A stretch of DNA of 64,000 nt from Catajapyx aquilonaris (lineage: Eukaryota), in the NCBI GenBank assembly GCA_000934665.2, contig JYFJ02000031.1, forward strand, positions 1-64,000, written 5' to 3'. Of the stretch, positions 35,231-48,225 are shown one piece after another (positions within the stretch are counted from its first letter, which is position 1; each line of letters begins with the position of its first letter). A program made the translations under genes and the position numbers. The notes under the pieces are model-generated. The model had not been told where the DNA came from. It saw only the letters and a program-made list of their open reading frames with translations, and did not search any database.

Positions 35231-37313
35231 ATGCGAGAAGTAAAAAACGAAAGCAAGAGTTCCAGATTTAAAAAATATGGTGGTATTCCACCCCTCTAAG
35301 AGGGCGCATGGCCCTAGCACGGGGTACAAATTATTATAATATTTTCAATAAATAAGCAAATTATATATTTTCAAAACTAATAAATTCGATATTTTCAAAA
35401 AATAATAAATAAAACACAATAATAAATAACAAACGAATAAAATAAAACACAATAAATAATAATAAATAACTGCTACTAGTCGCTGCTATTTTAAATTTTC
35501 AGTACGGTACTCAAAAAGCGCTATTACCGGCAACTTTTAGTGATGACGCATGACGCTTCTTGACAATTTAACCTCTTTTTTTTGTTTGTTTAAATGCCAT
35601 GTGAAATGAACGTGGTTTGTCGCCGTGTCCTCGGGGTCGCTTTTAGCGACGTTCACGGCATTGTAATTCAAAACAATGCGACGCGTCACTCTCAGTTGCA
35701 CCGCCAAATTGAGTAGTCACGCATAATGCGTTTTAAAAAGTGACTGAAAATAACTTTTTCACGCATCGGAGCCTGTCACTGTGTGTAAAGTGTGGGATAA
35801 AAGTACAGCATAACCATATGACAGAAGCGCTCTACACTACAGTATACATGAGCATTACGCTGTTCATGTATGATTCAAACGTTGTGCTGTGTAATCTTCA
35901 CAAACATGGGAACATCTACACTTACAGTATAATATGATGATGGGAAATTTAAATTTCAAAGCTATTTTTGCTTTGTGACGCCATTTTCCATCAGTATGTA
36001 AAAATTAAAGATCAATGTGTCATGTACATAAGCTTCTGCTATTTTTAAATATCAAAGCTAGCATTTTCTGCAATGCAAAACTCACCAAAAAACACATGAA
36101 TTTTCCACCACACATGTGAAGGTAACATAATTAATTCCTACACTAGGGAAATTTATTTTGGGCCCTTAAAACCAGTGTTAGACGCACTTACTCGAAACCT
36201 TAAGCCAACAAGTTTCTAGCAACATTTTTCAAGTCAACATTCTTGTCTGCATAAGGCAAACAAAAGTGGTTGACGCTGTGTACAAAAAAAAAGCGAGAGC
36301 TCCGTTATTGCACACCATGTGGATGTGACGTGAATGAAAGGATATCCTGACAACGAGCTTTTACTACCGGTTCTATATGCCCGCGTTTCAGCCTTTTGAT
36401 GTCTCCATGCAGGTTGACAGACTCAGATGTGTCACTTTTTGAAACTTAGAATCTAGAAGGTCCATTGTTGCTCTAGTATGAATAGTTCAGAAATAGTTCA
36501 TTCCTGTAGCAATTTGCTTCTGGTATAAAACAAACAACTAGTAAACAAACAAATCACACTCACAAATGTATGTAAAATACTAGTACCATATGAATATTTT
36601 GCATATCATAACTCTGCCTGGTGTTTCTTTTTTAAAAAAGTTGGTTTGTCCATATCTATGGGCTATTTTTTCTCGTGGCCAGAAGGTTAATTTCGCGATA
36701 TCTCCAACACAGCAGCAGACAAGTATAAGTAGGGGAAAAACAGCTATGCCCCAAATAGCTATTACATAACATGGCAAACACTCGCTCCCAAAATGGCCAA
36801 AAACCAGATCTCTATATGAAACGGGTGCTTTTTCAGGACTGCTCAATTAATACATATAGATTATTTTAAATAGTAGTGATCTATTTTTGCAATGGACTTT
36901 CCGCCATAAAACACGGAAGCAAAAAATAAACAATGAGTCGTATTTTGGAGCCTTGCACACTGTACATGTACTAAAGGGGCCATAAAACGGGTGACCCTTG
37001 GGTGTTGTTAATTACTTCATTGATTGCGGGTAGATTGCGCTTGGGGGCAACAGTTCACGCCTGAAACTGGCCCGGGGGCAAATCGCCCCTCGTTAGGGGT
37101 CGCAGTGAACAAATCCCTGCAAACTTTTATGGGTCCGCTAGTACAACGGGTACATGATTCATCAGGCAGCTGGTAACCATACGCTACGTTAATGACTTTC
37201 TTTGACGATTTCCATACGGCCATATCCGGTAATTCATGCTTCAAAAACGATATCCAGAACTTTTTGGACGAATTCGTTATCTACTTCCTGCTACAGCGCA
37301 AAGTCCAGATATA

Positions 37314-37507
37314 CAGGGTGTTTCAACTTTTTTGTCCGAACAGTTATCGGAAATATTGCACTATAAGCTGCTACTTTGTAAGCAGTGACTTTTTGTCGGA
37401 GGAATGTGGAATATTTCCTGCGAATCTTAGGTTGAAGTGGCATACACTGCTTACAAAGTAGCAGCTTAGTGCAATAACTGTTCGGACAAAAAAGTTGAAA
37501 CACCCTG
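37314..37507. mobile_element. Tc1/mariner-type MITE (194 bp)
   Basis: Perfect 34-bp TIR cagggtgtttcaacttttttgtccgaacagttat, TA on both sides, further internal inverted segment. Confidence 0.9.
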
Positions 37508-37744
37508 TATATAGTCACAGTACTAATTGGCACCTTTACATTGTGTACAACCCTATAGCCAGGCTATTGTCCAGGTACAGGTAAATGCCCATTTCCTTTC
37601 GCATCAGAAGGTCAACCCCTAAGGCCACACGGTACAATCAGGCATTGCTGAAAAATACAGAAGCGGCCTCTAATTGGACGAAATGCCAGTTAGGCTACGT
37701 GTCTGTTAAAGGAGTATCATACCAGACCAGACTAATCCGCTAGT

Positions 37745-37990
37745 GGAGGCACCAGTACGCCACCATTAATGTCCACAGTGCGCGGAAATAAGCAAGGTGG
37801 CGCCACGCGCCGATGGCGGCCACCAGTGGCTCATGGCGCCACCAGTACGACACCATTAATGAGTAAGGTAGCAGACCTGATGCTACCTTGCTCATTTCCG
37901 TGCACTGTGAACATTGGTGTCGTACCGGTGGCGCCATGATCCACTGGCGGCCGCCATCATCTCATGGCGCCACCACGCTTTTGTACCGGG
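37745..37990. repeat. GC-rich direct and inverted repeat cluster upstream of the RAVER-like ATG
   Basis: gatggcggcc(a/g)ccagtgg(c/a)tcatggcgccacc(a/g)gtacgacacca occurs in both orientations around a centre near 37876. Confidence 0.75.
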
Positions 37991-38172
37991 TGTGCCAGCA
38001 GCCTTCCTTTGTCCCTCCTGATGGCTCCATGTGGAAGGGAGCCTCCCCTTCCCCCGAAGAGTGGGCCCGTCCTTCTTGTGTCTCCCCCTCTCCCTCCGTG
38101 GCACCGGGGCCCTCTCCCCTCCTAGCCCGCCCCCTCTGAGGGGAGAAACACTCTGGCCTGTCAAACGGCGCC

Positions 38173-38475
38173 ATGGCCGCGGGATCAGCGGAGGCCTACG
38201 CCGCCGCTCCGCCTAGACCACACTTCGATGCTCTCCAGCCTAACTTCACCGCGTCCTCCGGGTCAGAAGATGACCTATGGGCGGCTGCTGGACTAGTAGC
38301 CACCGCTTCTACAGAACCGGACACACCATGGCCAGTAGCTGATGCTGAAGACACGGAGGAACAACCGGCGTCCCCGAATCAGAGCTTGGCCGGGAAGGTC
38401 CAGCAACTACGGGTTGTGTTTCATGCCGGAAGACATCTGCAGGTCAAGCATTTGCCTAGGGATGTCACAGAGGAG
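38173..38475 (+). CDS. RAVER1: First coding exon of a RAVER-like (ribonucleoprotein PTB-binding) RRM protein; the remaining exons were not found in the window
   Basis: Strong Kozak context gcgccATGG in CpG-rich DNA; 101 codons ending ...KVQQLRVVFHAGRHLQVKHLPRDVTEE|GTCAGT. This resembles the start of RAVER RRM1 (recalled as [27 protein letters not shown]), with a phase-0 donor at the equivalent position. Confidence 0.68.
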
Positions 38476-41400
38476 GTCAGTTAACAATGTGCGCGGTATA
38501 ACCAGTAACCCATACCGAGCCTCAGAACGTTCAACTCTAGTGCCCTTGGTTTTCTTCTGCCGTGTGAGGCGTGACCCGTAGTATCGGGCAAATCTGCCCG
38601 AAAAACTTACAACAAACCTGTTGGTTCTAAGCCGCTCACGAAAAAAAAGGGGGGGCAGAAATCGAAACTTATTATCTGCATGGGGGGTTCAAACTAGTGC
38701 ATTGATTGGTCGAGTCATTACCTTTTATTTTTTATAAGGGGTTAAGGTTAACCAATGCCAAGGTTTAACTGTTCGCAAATATATGTCCGGGGCGAGTCAT
38801 CTCCGTACCACTCGAATGACGCGCCATTTTTCATTACATATAATTGGCTGGAGTATGTGACTCTGTCTGTCCAGATGGGGTGGGGCGCTATTAAAAAATT
38901 AAACCGGTAAATATATTGTAGTTTTAGAGACAATAGTGGATTCCAAAGTTGCTTGATGCAATGTTAATAGCAGCCGAATACAGGAGGGGGGTAAATGGCG
39001 GATTTTCGAATAGAAAACCTAATTAGCACCTCATTGGCTGGCAAGTTTCGACCCGATCCGGATCCAGTACATTCTTGGACAAAAGGGAACGCAGATGGTC
39101 GGATCCGGCTTTTTTTCCCCAGTCCTCTTCAGATCCGTTGGTCAAAAGACAGGTGTAAAAAGACCGTTGCAAAGACTTTGTATGGGCGGGAAAGACGGGG
39201 GCAACGGTGCATAACTTTGGGGGTCTTATTATGTGGGGTACACTCATTAGAATCATTGTTTCAAGTAGGGGTTTTGGCGAGAATTACAGGTCGTTACCAT
39301 TTTTGTTTGAAAATGATTTTTTGGAGAGGAATAATTTTTATCCATTCATATTGAGTATGTGACAATATCATTATGGGAGCCTGCTGGGTTCCAATAAGAA
39401 CTGGGGGGGTGAAAAGGGTGTGACCAACCATTCGTCAGAGGTATATCGAAAAGGATGGCGAAGAATAGGGTGCGGTTAATGCACTGTTTCAAGGGACATT
39501 GTCCGTTCGCCATTTTGGGGCAAAGTGCTGCCGGGCACGTGTCGTACTATGATTTGGTAGAGAAGCTTTGAGGTAGTTAAATAAATTGGAATTAAATTAT
39601 GCTTAATATTAATTTCACCGGAAGTTGCTGTCAGTTAATTGGCTGGTTGGCCCGCTGGTGGCTCATTAAGGTGGCTATTGTTGAATAATTTGAATAAATA
39701 ATGAGTAAGTGTAGTGTCTGCCATTTTTGGGCCAGTCACGTGATATGAGGCACTGGGATTGGCCGGCTTGAATCACATGATAGTGTGCATATTTTCTTAT
39801 TGTTAAATAAATTATAAATATAACATATAAAAATTCTCTTCCTACACAATATACCGGGCCGGAAGTTGCCAATCGGAAATTTTCGTTTGTAACTTGCAAG
39901 TCGTGATTGGCTACTCAAATCAGCCAATCATGGTGCCTAGCATCACGTGACCTGGCAAAACTAATGATCCGACACCGATATCAGCCTAAATTAACAGCGA
40001 CAAATTCTAGGAAAGCACGATTGGCTAATTGCAATATCCTTTTCCCATTAAGAACCATCCTGGGAAAGAGAGAGGAAAAAAAAGCTGCTAGGAATAGTAG
40101 AATCGATGGGGTTGAAGTTGACACGCGAAAATCTGCTCCTACAAGCCCCATCAGTTGCCGGCAAAGTGAGAAATCATAGACATTCAAGTCGCAGGCTGTG
40201 GCAATCATTGGGGGGCCAAATCGGCCATCAGAGACGATTCAAAGTAATCGATGAGTGTGAGAGACCTGGTACCTGGCTCCATCCTATAGCCCACCTATAG
40301 CACATATAGCAAACAAAAAGAAAGAAGCGACAATCGATGGTACACTAAAAATTGGGTTCACGATGGTGTCGTTGGGATGATCCAATCAGCGCTGTACAAT
40401 CGGAAAACTAGTCGGTTCCAATTGAGATGGTTCAAATATTAACATAGAGCTGTGGGTGGACACTGTGACACTTCATGTTCAATTATGGACAAGCTCAGCA
40501 GTTCTTGTCCACGTGGGACTATCACCTGTCCGCTGCTTTTAATGAATCATCGTGTGAAAATTTACAGCCACCAAATTGGTCAAGGTCATGATGACCGGAA
40601 CCGGTTTTAAACATTTTGGTGCAGCTTTTCTTGAATAATGTAAAAGCGTCCACCTGTTTTACTGCGACGCACTAATTATGCGGCGACATAAGCATCGCAG
40701 CTTTAGATCCGGCTATTTTCATCTCATGCTTGGGAGGCTGTTTGCTGGCCATCTTTGTCCCGACACTTGTCCTAATTATTCATAGAGCAGGGACATATTA
40801 GGAACACTTGGAGCGCCTAGTTGCGGGGCGTAATGATTGCTAGCCCTCTATTGTTTATTAGATTACATCTGCCAACAATGTGCGAGGCTGGAAGTTTTGA
40901 AGCAGGTGCTGGGACCCTCACTAAATTTTATACGCGTTTTGTACCCATTTCATAAGATTTGTCAATAAATTTTAAATTACCGTCAGGGAAAACAAAATAC
41001 AGTACCGGTACTGTACTTGAAAAAATAATGTTCAATATTGAATTTTTTATAGAAAATAATTATATGGAAAAGTAATTGAGAGAAAACGAATTCATGGAAA
41101 AATAATTAATAGAAAATGAATTCATGGAAAAAATAAAATATAGAAAATAACTTTATGGACAGCAAACATGATTTTCTCAAAATAGAAATTATTTTGCAGA
41201 TAATGTGTCAGGAAAATAAAAACCTAATTATCTAGAAATGTAAGAACAGATGATTTTCTGGACAGCGAAGATAATTTTCTGAAAAAGATTGAATTAACTT
41301 ACTTCATAATGTCAATAATTTTCAGACAACAAATGGGCATGTTTCCGCCAGGGAAAACAAGATACAGTATAGGGTACTGTATTTGAAGAAGAATTTATAT

Positions 41401-44400
41401 GACGTCATCGTTTCTTCCATTGGTGCTTTTTGTTGACACTGTTTACTCATATTGTTCTGTGAGGGTATTTCCATGGAAACCTTGTTGACGTCAGATGATC
41501 GTTCCCGTATATTAGAAATATATAATTTTCTGAACAAACTTACAATTTTAAAAAAATGGAAATAATTTTCCTGAAAATGTTTCAGAAAAATAAATAACCT
41601 AATTTTCTAGCAATTTAAGAAGCAAATAAATTCCTGGACAACAAGGAGATTTTATGAACAATTATTTTATTGAAAAATTGCTAGAAACTAGAAATAATTT
41701 GTAATGTTACGCCACCACAGGTTATCTGAATATTGGAGTCAAGTCAGGGTGACCCCGTGATGTGATTGGTTGGAGTCACTCACCAGGACCAGCCAATCAC
41801 TGTCCCTCTCTGATCCGACCGCGTATAAATTCACGTACTGCACAACCCCGTGACCGCAACCGAAAATGTGGGCAGCCATGTTAAATTTTCCAAAATCCAG
41901 TTTTAATTCACTCTCGCTCTCATGTTTGCCAACCGCAACACCATTTAATAATAATCTAACCCCCCCCCCTACCATTGCAATAAAGGGAGGGGGGGTTTCC
42001 AACACTGAAACTCTTGTTTGTTGTTTACCCCGTGAACTCGTCGGATGCCCCCCGGGCGGTCACTCCCAGCGACTTGACCGGCAAACAAAAATTTCCGGAG
42101 TAAAGTCGCGCCAAATTGGAAGGCCTGTGGCGACCAGACCTATTACCAACCTTGCGAGAAGAAAACAAGAGAAAAAAGAAGAAGCCAGAGTTTGAGTGTT
42201 GCAGTAGAAGCTGGGGAAGTCTTGATTTGGAGACTGAAATGAAATTCTCCTAAAGTTGCTCCGGGGTTTCGCAACTCTCGGGACACAAAAAAAAACTATA
42301 GTTTTTTGAGACTTTGTAAAGTGCAGCTGTGGAGCTTGGTAATGGTTTAACTGTGGCTAAATCGAGTAGCGCTATCTAAAGTAGCGAGTCACGTCGAATC
42401 CAAATAACATGCTTTTTGTGTTAGCTGGAGTTTGCTGGGTGTTGGCAACCCTGATGTATCCGGAGGGCTAACTTTTAGGTCCAATATAACAAATTTGTTG
42501 GGTCCGTCACACGACACACTATGACACCACCATTACCAGACATGGTTGGTATAGATGGCGCGGATTCGCGCCATCTCTTGGCAATAGTTTGCAACTAATT
42601 CCATCTACAGGAACTGACTGGAACTGACTGGAACCGAGTGGAACTTGAAATTGGTGGCATGCAGGCTTATCTCACACATGTGCGTGTGTATGCCTAATAA
42701 GCATTCCGATGTTTATGCGTGGCAGCGTTTTGTTGACTCAGTTTTCCCAGAGCTTGGCAACACCATGCGTGCCCTTCACCCTTGGAAGTAGAAACCTACT
42801 AGTTGATCGTGTTACAAATCGGCCTTAGGAACTGCCCTATTCATCACTGCAGGGTTCTAACGATAGTTCTGGCTCAGGATTGCGTGATGGTTGAAGCTGC
42901 GTTGCGTTTTGGCACAAGCTGCTTATTACGTACAGTATCACCACTTTAGAAATCAGGTTAATTTCGACAGCTAATAATAAATAAAAGTAATTGGTATGGG
43001 AAAAATTGATTTCCAATGTTGGGGGGAAAGATGGAATTTCATCAGTGGACATTGTATCGTCTCAAGACATGGTTGGAACCCTGGGCAATTTTTCGATCCC
43101 AGGAAATTTTTTCGATATAGGAACGAAAATAATATGGAGAGATGCATTTGCATGATACTTGGCGGTATATAGTCAGAAGAATGAATAGATCCTTCACCCT
43201 CCTCTGCACGTATTTGTTCAGAATACAAAGGAGGTGGTGATATAGGAGGAAATGCGGAGGGTTTTTTTTCCTATGCATTCCATTACTTTTTTTCTCTCTG
43301 GAGACGTGATAGGCTGTGTGACATGTGACACAAAAGATGGACTTTTGACGAGCATGTGATGAGGACTGGTGCTTCCCATTAGAATCTTGGTTTCCACATT
43401 TACATATGTATGGATCGTTATGTAATGTCTTCATTACTAGAACGCTGCAGGTACCAAGCCATTCAGGATTGGACAGCCTAATTATTGCTCTAAAATAGCG
43501 GAATAAAACTGCGTATGGGAATGCTGCCGGGCTATTTTTGTAGTAAGGAACAATCGTTAAAACCAGATTTAGCACCCATTTTGACTGGGCCACCATCCTG
43601 CTCTCAAACCTCTTTATTTGGAATTACGGTTTTCAAAATCTGGAAACAATATTTAGTTTCATAACACGCCCCTGATTCTACTATTCGATTACTATTTATG
43701 AACCAGTGCACGTACATACTAGAGATAGGCCCGGAGGATAGAAAAACCTGACTGTCAATCCGGACAACAGAATAAACACTATTTGTGTCAAGCCGAGTGC
43801 AGGGTATATGAAACTATTGCGGAGGCACGCAATAGGTTGGAGTCAAAGCATTTTTCTGCCATAGCTCTTTTGGCAGGGGGCTCCAAAAATACACATTAGC
43901 TTTCCGTGTCTTCCTAATGGCCTTATTTGTGTGGCCAAGACGTAGAGTGGAGTTCACGGAATCGAATATCAGATTGAATTTGTTTACAGGTTGGGTAGGG
44001 TCTTTGCCCTCAAGCTAAGTTACGGTACGTTCAGATGGATGCCACCCACTGCGGAAACCCATAATGCGATAAGAAACTGGCAAAGATGCAGGGTTGTCGT
44101 GCGTATGGTTACATAACACTTTGTGTGTGAATCTGTTGGACGAGATTTTTCGGATGAAAATGGTTTGGGCGAAATGCGTGATGTCTCACGGGTATACTTT
44201 GAGTCCAACGCAACTACGCGTCTTTCTTATCGCCCTAATTTATAGTGTTTGGGTTTTGGTCGAGGGTGGAATTAAGATAAGGCTTGAACGTACTAGTGTA
44301 TGCCAAAACGCAGTCGTTTTTCGGGGTCCAAATAAGGACAAATGGTGAGGGTGAAAGGTTCCTGGAGCCCATTTCCAGACCCTGTCTTAGAAAGCGCAAT

Positions 44401-45734
44401 TCCACACCCACTGGATATTATTATTCCTTCCTAGGAACTTTAGATGATAATCTACATTTCCCGCTGGAAAATTTCCGGCGTCTTGAATATGTGTCTCCCT
44501 TTGGAGTCGTACCGTTTTCTGCGGCCTTAGATTGTGAATACCAGTCCCTTCGGTGCAAAGATGGAGGCTTTTAACGCATGTTTCCAGGAGACGAGGGCTG
44601 GGCTGGAACAAAAATACACGGGCAGAAATCCCCGGTGCGATTCCAAAGCAAATGCGAATGCGATGTCGGGACATCCTCGGGGATGGATCTGATGTCGGCC
44701 TCATTTCCAACCCTGCTAATGACAACAGGGGGTTCAACCGCGCCCTGATTGGCCTGAGCCAAACCACGGCCAGAGCGATTGGTGAGACGGTTGTAGGGTT
44801 AATTTTAATTTTAATTTGTGTTTAATTTCATTACTTTTAGATCTGAAGTTCGTCGCAACTTTTGGGAAGGGCTCGAGCAGCGAGAAACTTGAGTTGAGCC
44901 ATAATTTAACTCGGAAAGCTCGTTTGCTACCTAGTTAAGCGCATATAAGTTGTTGGTGGCTGCTAGGGTCACAAAAGTTCAAGGGTAAAGGGGCGCCAGC
45001 CAGGCCTTTCAGACAAAACGTCTGCTCTGGTTCTCCGGGTTATATCAACACCCTTGTCCTATTACCAGGCCTAATAAAACCTGGAAAGGTTGTGCCTGCG
45101 AAACCGATCCACACACATCATTTCTTTTACCCTAGAAAAAGAGGGGGGTGAAACTTGAGTAAGTTTGACAGGAAAGAAAAATGGAAGCAAATGGACTTAA
45201 GGTGCTGCCACCTATGGAAAGGAAAACATTGAAACCTGACCCATTTCTAAGCCTCGACCCGCTGCTATGGCAACAACCTCACCGCCCCTAAGGATTGACG
45301 TCGATGGATTATGCATCCAGCAGAGATGAGTGCTGAAATTGCGTCGACGTCAACCTCCACCGGCACCAAAGAATATGGGGGTCCGAAACAAGGGGAAGCC
45401 ATTTTCACTCCGTCTAATGGACCTTTGGAGTGACCTGGAATGTTTCTCGCATGGTTTTACGGCTTTACTACACTTTTCTCGACGGGGAAAAAATGGGCGG
45501 TATTGGCAGATACGGGCAGATGAACAGCTCAGTTTGCGGATGACGGGCTGTTCTGGTCTGAACACCTTTTTCAAGGTGAGGTCAACAAACACGCCTCCTT
45601 CACTGGATGGTGAAGAGTTGCGATGGGATTCTCAACAACAATGAAGCACAGGCAGTCAGACCTTCACAACAAATGATATAATCTGCCCTGTACCGCTGCG
45701 TTCATTACATATATTACCCCTAAGGATGATTGTA

Positions 45735-45964
45735 AAGGATGACCATAAAGTCACATTCTATAGGACGAAACGACTATAAGTTCACTAAAAACTATTCATT
45801 AAGCCTTAGAAACACTTCTAACTACTAATGTTCACTACTATCTTGAAATCATGTAACTTTTTACAGTATTTACATGCATAATAGTTGGAAGTGCTTCTTA
45901 CAGACTTAACTTGGTGAACCTATAGTCGTTTCGTTCTATGGAATATGACTTTATGGCCACCCTC
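45735..45964. mobile_element. Diverged Tc1/mariner-type MITE
   Basis: ~50-bp imperfect TIR (ccataaagtca.att..atag.acgaaacgactata.gttcac) flanked by TA. Confidence 0.75.
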
Positions 45965-48026
45965 TATTATTACCCATAATGATTATACATTGCCCCTAAT
46001 GATAACCTAGATCAATCACCGCTGGAGCACACTTGGCTGCACATGTTTACAACTATATTGTTGACAAAACGTGGGCGACTCAGACGCTACCATGTAGTAG
46101 CAACAGTCAAGTGGCTGTCATTCCAACAGCCATATTCAAGCCTAAAAATAGGCACACTTGTAATCTCTGGCTCTTAGAATATTTCAGAAAAAAATAGAGC
46201 ACCAGTTACCTCGAACCCTGATGCTTCACAGAGAAGTGGTCTGATTAGGCAAATAAATCCGGTACATTATACAAGTTGCACCGGAGGAATTTATGGCCGC
46301 TTCATCCGGCCGGAGCCCCAACTTTGTTACAGGCATGATCAAATTTGCGCCTAACCACGTTTTGAGCTTCATTACTCGTCGGCCAAAAAAATAAGCGCTG
46401 ACGCACAACTGTTCGCTGCCATCACTGTTAAACTTGGAAGCTACCATAGCTCATTAAAGTCTTAATTCCAGAGATGGTATGACCCAACATGCATATTCGC
46501 CAGAATTTGTCGCGAAATAGGCCAAGGTGTGCCCTTTCACATTTATTTTGTTAGAAAATGGGCCAAAAATGATACTTACCGAAATTCCGACTAGTCTGAA
46601 CCAGTTTCTCTCCCGTGGCGCTAAATTCTAAACGCGTTGTTATGAGGCGATATTTGCAGAGGCCCCCTATTGTTAGGCGTTTTCGCACTCGGTATGACAT
46701 CGCACAGAAGGCTTGGAATTGCACAGCTGGAAAACAATGGAAAGTAAATAGAGACGGAATTGGGTGGGTCGTGTCGTCACGGCCAGAGGCTGGGGTCCAC
46801 GTCAAGAGACTTGGGTTTTGTAAGGAAGGCTGAGATTTCGTCAGTTTAATCGGATTGGCCAGACCGGATTTCAAGCTAATGTGGTTAGTCCCCTCGTCAT
46901 ATGCGGAGTCCTACTAAAAGAGACATGTGTCAGAGCCTAAATTATGTTTGTGTTTCTGGGAAATTGTCTTCTTGTTGTTTGCTTTTGCATTATCTCCCAT
47001 TCCTCTTTCATGAGAAATAGTCCTAGCTTCCATCCTAGCTATTTAGTTGGGAGGATCAAGAGGAAAGCCTGCAGATGCGGCTGACATGAAAGGACTGGCC
47101 CTACAAATCCCATAACCATACATTTCCAGCCGCTTCCGCCGTGTTGGAGTCGAAAAATTAGCATATTTGTAGCTAGGACCAATCGGAAGAAACGGCCCGG
47201 TAGTGTGTATATGTGAGGGGTTGGAAATAACTATGTCCAGTCCCTAAAGCTTTTCGGAGCAGCTCAGGCGTCACATGCAACATCGACCAAGTGTTGCTAT
47301 TGAAATATTCATCTCCCAGGCCCCTCATTTATGAAACCGGGTATGCTTAGACAGGCTTTTGGTTCAACCCCCTCCCTCAGGGTCCCAAAATGGAGAACCG
47401 GAGGAGGGGGGTTTGTTCCCCCTACCCATCTAGTAGCTGCGCAACTGTTTGGCTTAGGTGGACGCAATAAAGATCTTCGTGCTAGTTAACTCAAATCTCC
47501 TCTTCTTGGCGTGATGAATATTCCCCCCGCATGCAGGCTATTTCAACTGGGATTTCGCATGTAACCCCGGGTTCTAGGGGGTCGAATAATCCGGGTCTGG
47601 GAGCCTGTGCGAGCCATCACAGGTGTTGGGTAAACCGCAAAAACCGATGGGTGTCGAGGGATTTTTTGTAAGGCGAAATGAGAGGGGGGGCGGGGGGGGG
47701 GGGGGTCCTTTTGAATTTTTGGCGGGGGTTTCGTTGCTATGGCGACAGGTGGCGGGATCAAAGGACAGGATCGGGGCGGTAATTATGAAAAACTGATGGA
47801 CAGTACTGCTGATTATCCGGTGTTGAATGGGGTCGAAAATTCGGGAGTTTAAAAAAATCGCACTTGTATATCCTGAACATGATGAACTGTAGTTAATTTA
47901 GCTCAAGAAATTGCTCAAATTTTATAAATACAACTAGCAGGTTAGGGACACAACAAGCTACAGAAAATAACGGCTATCGGGCGATATCAGTTAACAAAAA
48001 GTGACCCACGCATCTGGAACACCCTG

Positions 48027-48225
48027 TATTAGACTTTTCTCGAAGAAAAAAGTCTTATATAACGGCTCTGTCTGTCTGTGGACAGGTATCAGACAGACAG
48101 ACAGACAGCGCCGTGCTATAAGACTTTCTAGCCCCCGTGGCTCCCCCTCCCCCACCACCCCCTACTCCTGACGGCCCATTCCCCCAGACCAGACAGACAG
48201 AGCCGTGCTATAAGACTTTCTTCGA
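48027..48225. mobile_element. DINE-1/HINE-like (Helentron-associated) 5' ends, one forward and two reverse
   Basis: Hairpin agactttt-ctcgaag-aaaaaagtct followed by (ctgt)n; reverse copies cagacagacag.gccgtgctataagactttc at ~48090-48128 and ~48190-48223. Confidence 0.55.

Noticed and set aside
41705..41940. Possible solo LTR (TGTTAC...GCAACA with CCAAT and TATAAA)
   Set aside because: No target-site duplication, no internal AATAAA, no PBS or PPT, and no second copy.
43042..43596. 184-aa minus-strand ORF with CxC...CxxC..YH (PHD-like)
   Set aside because: Ligand set is incomplete and the surrounding sequence is uninformative; at most a decayed transposon fragment.
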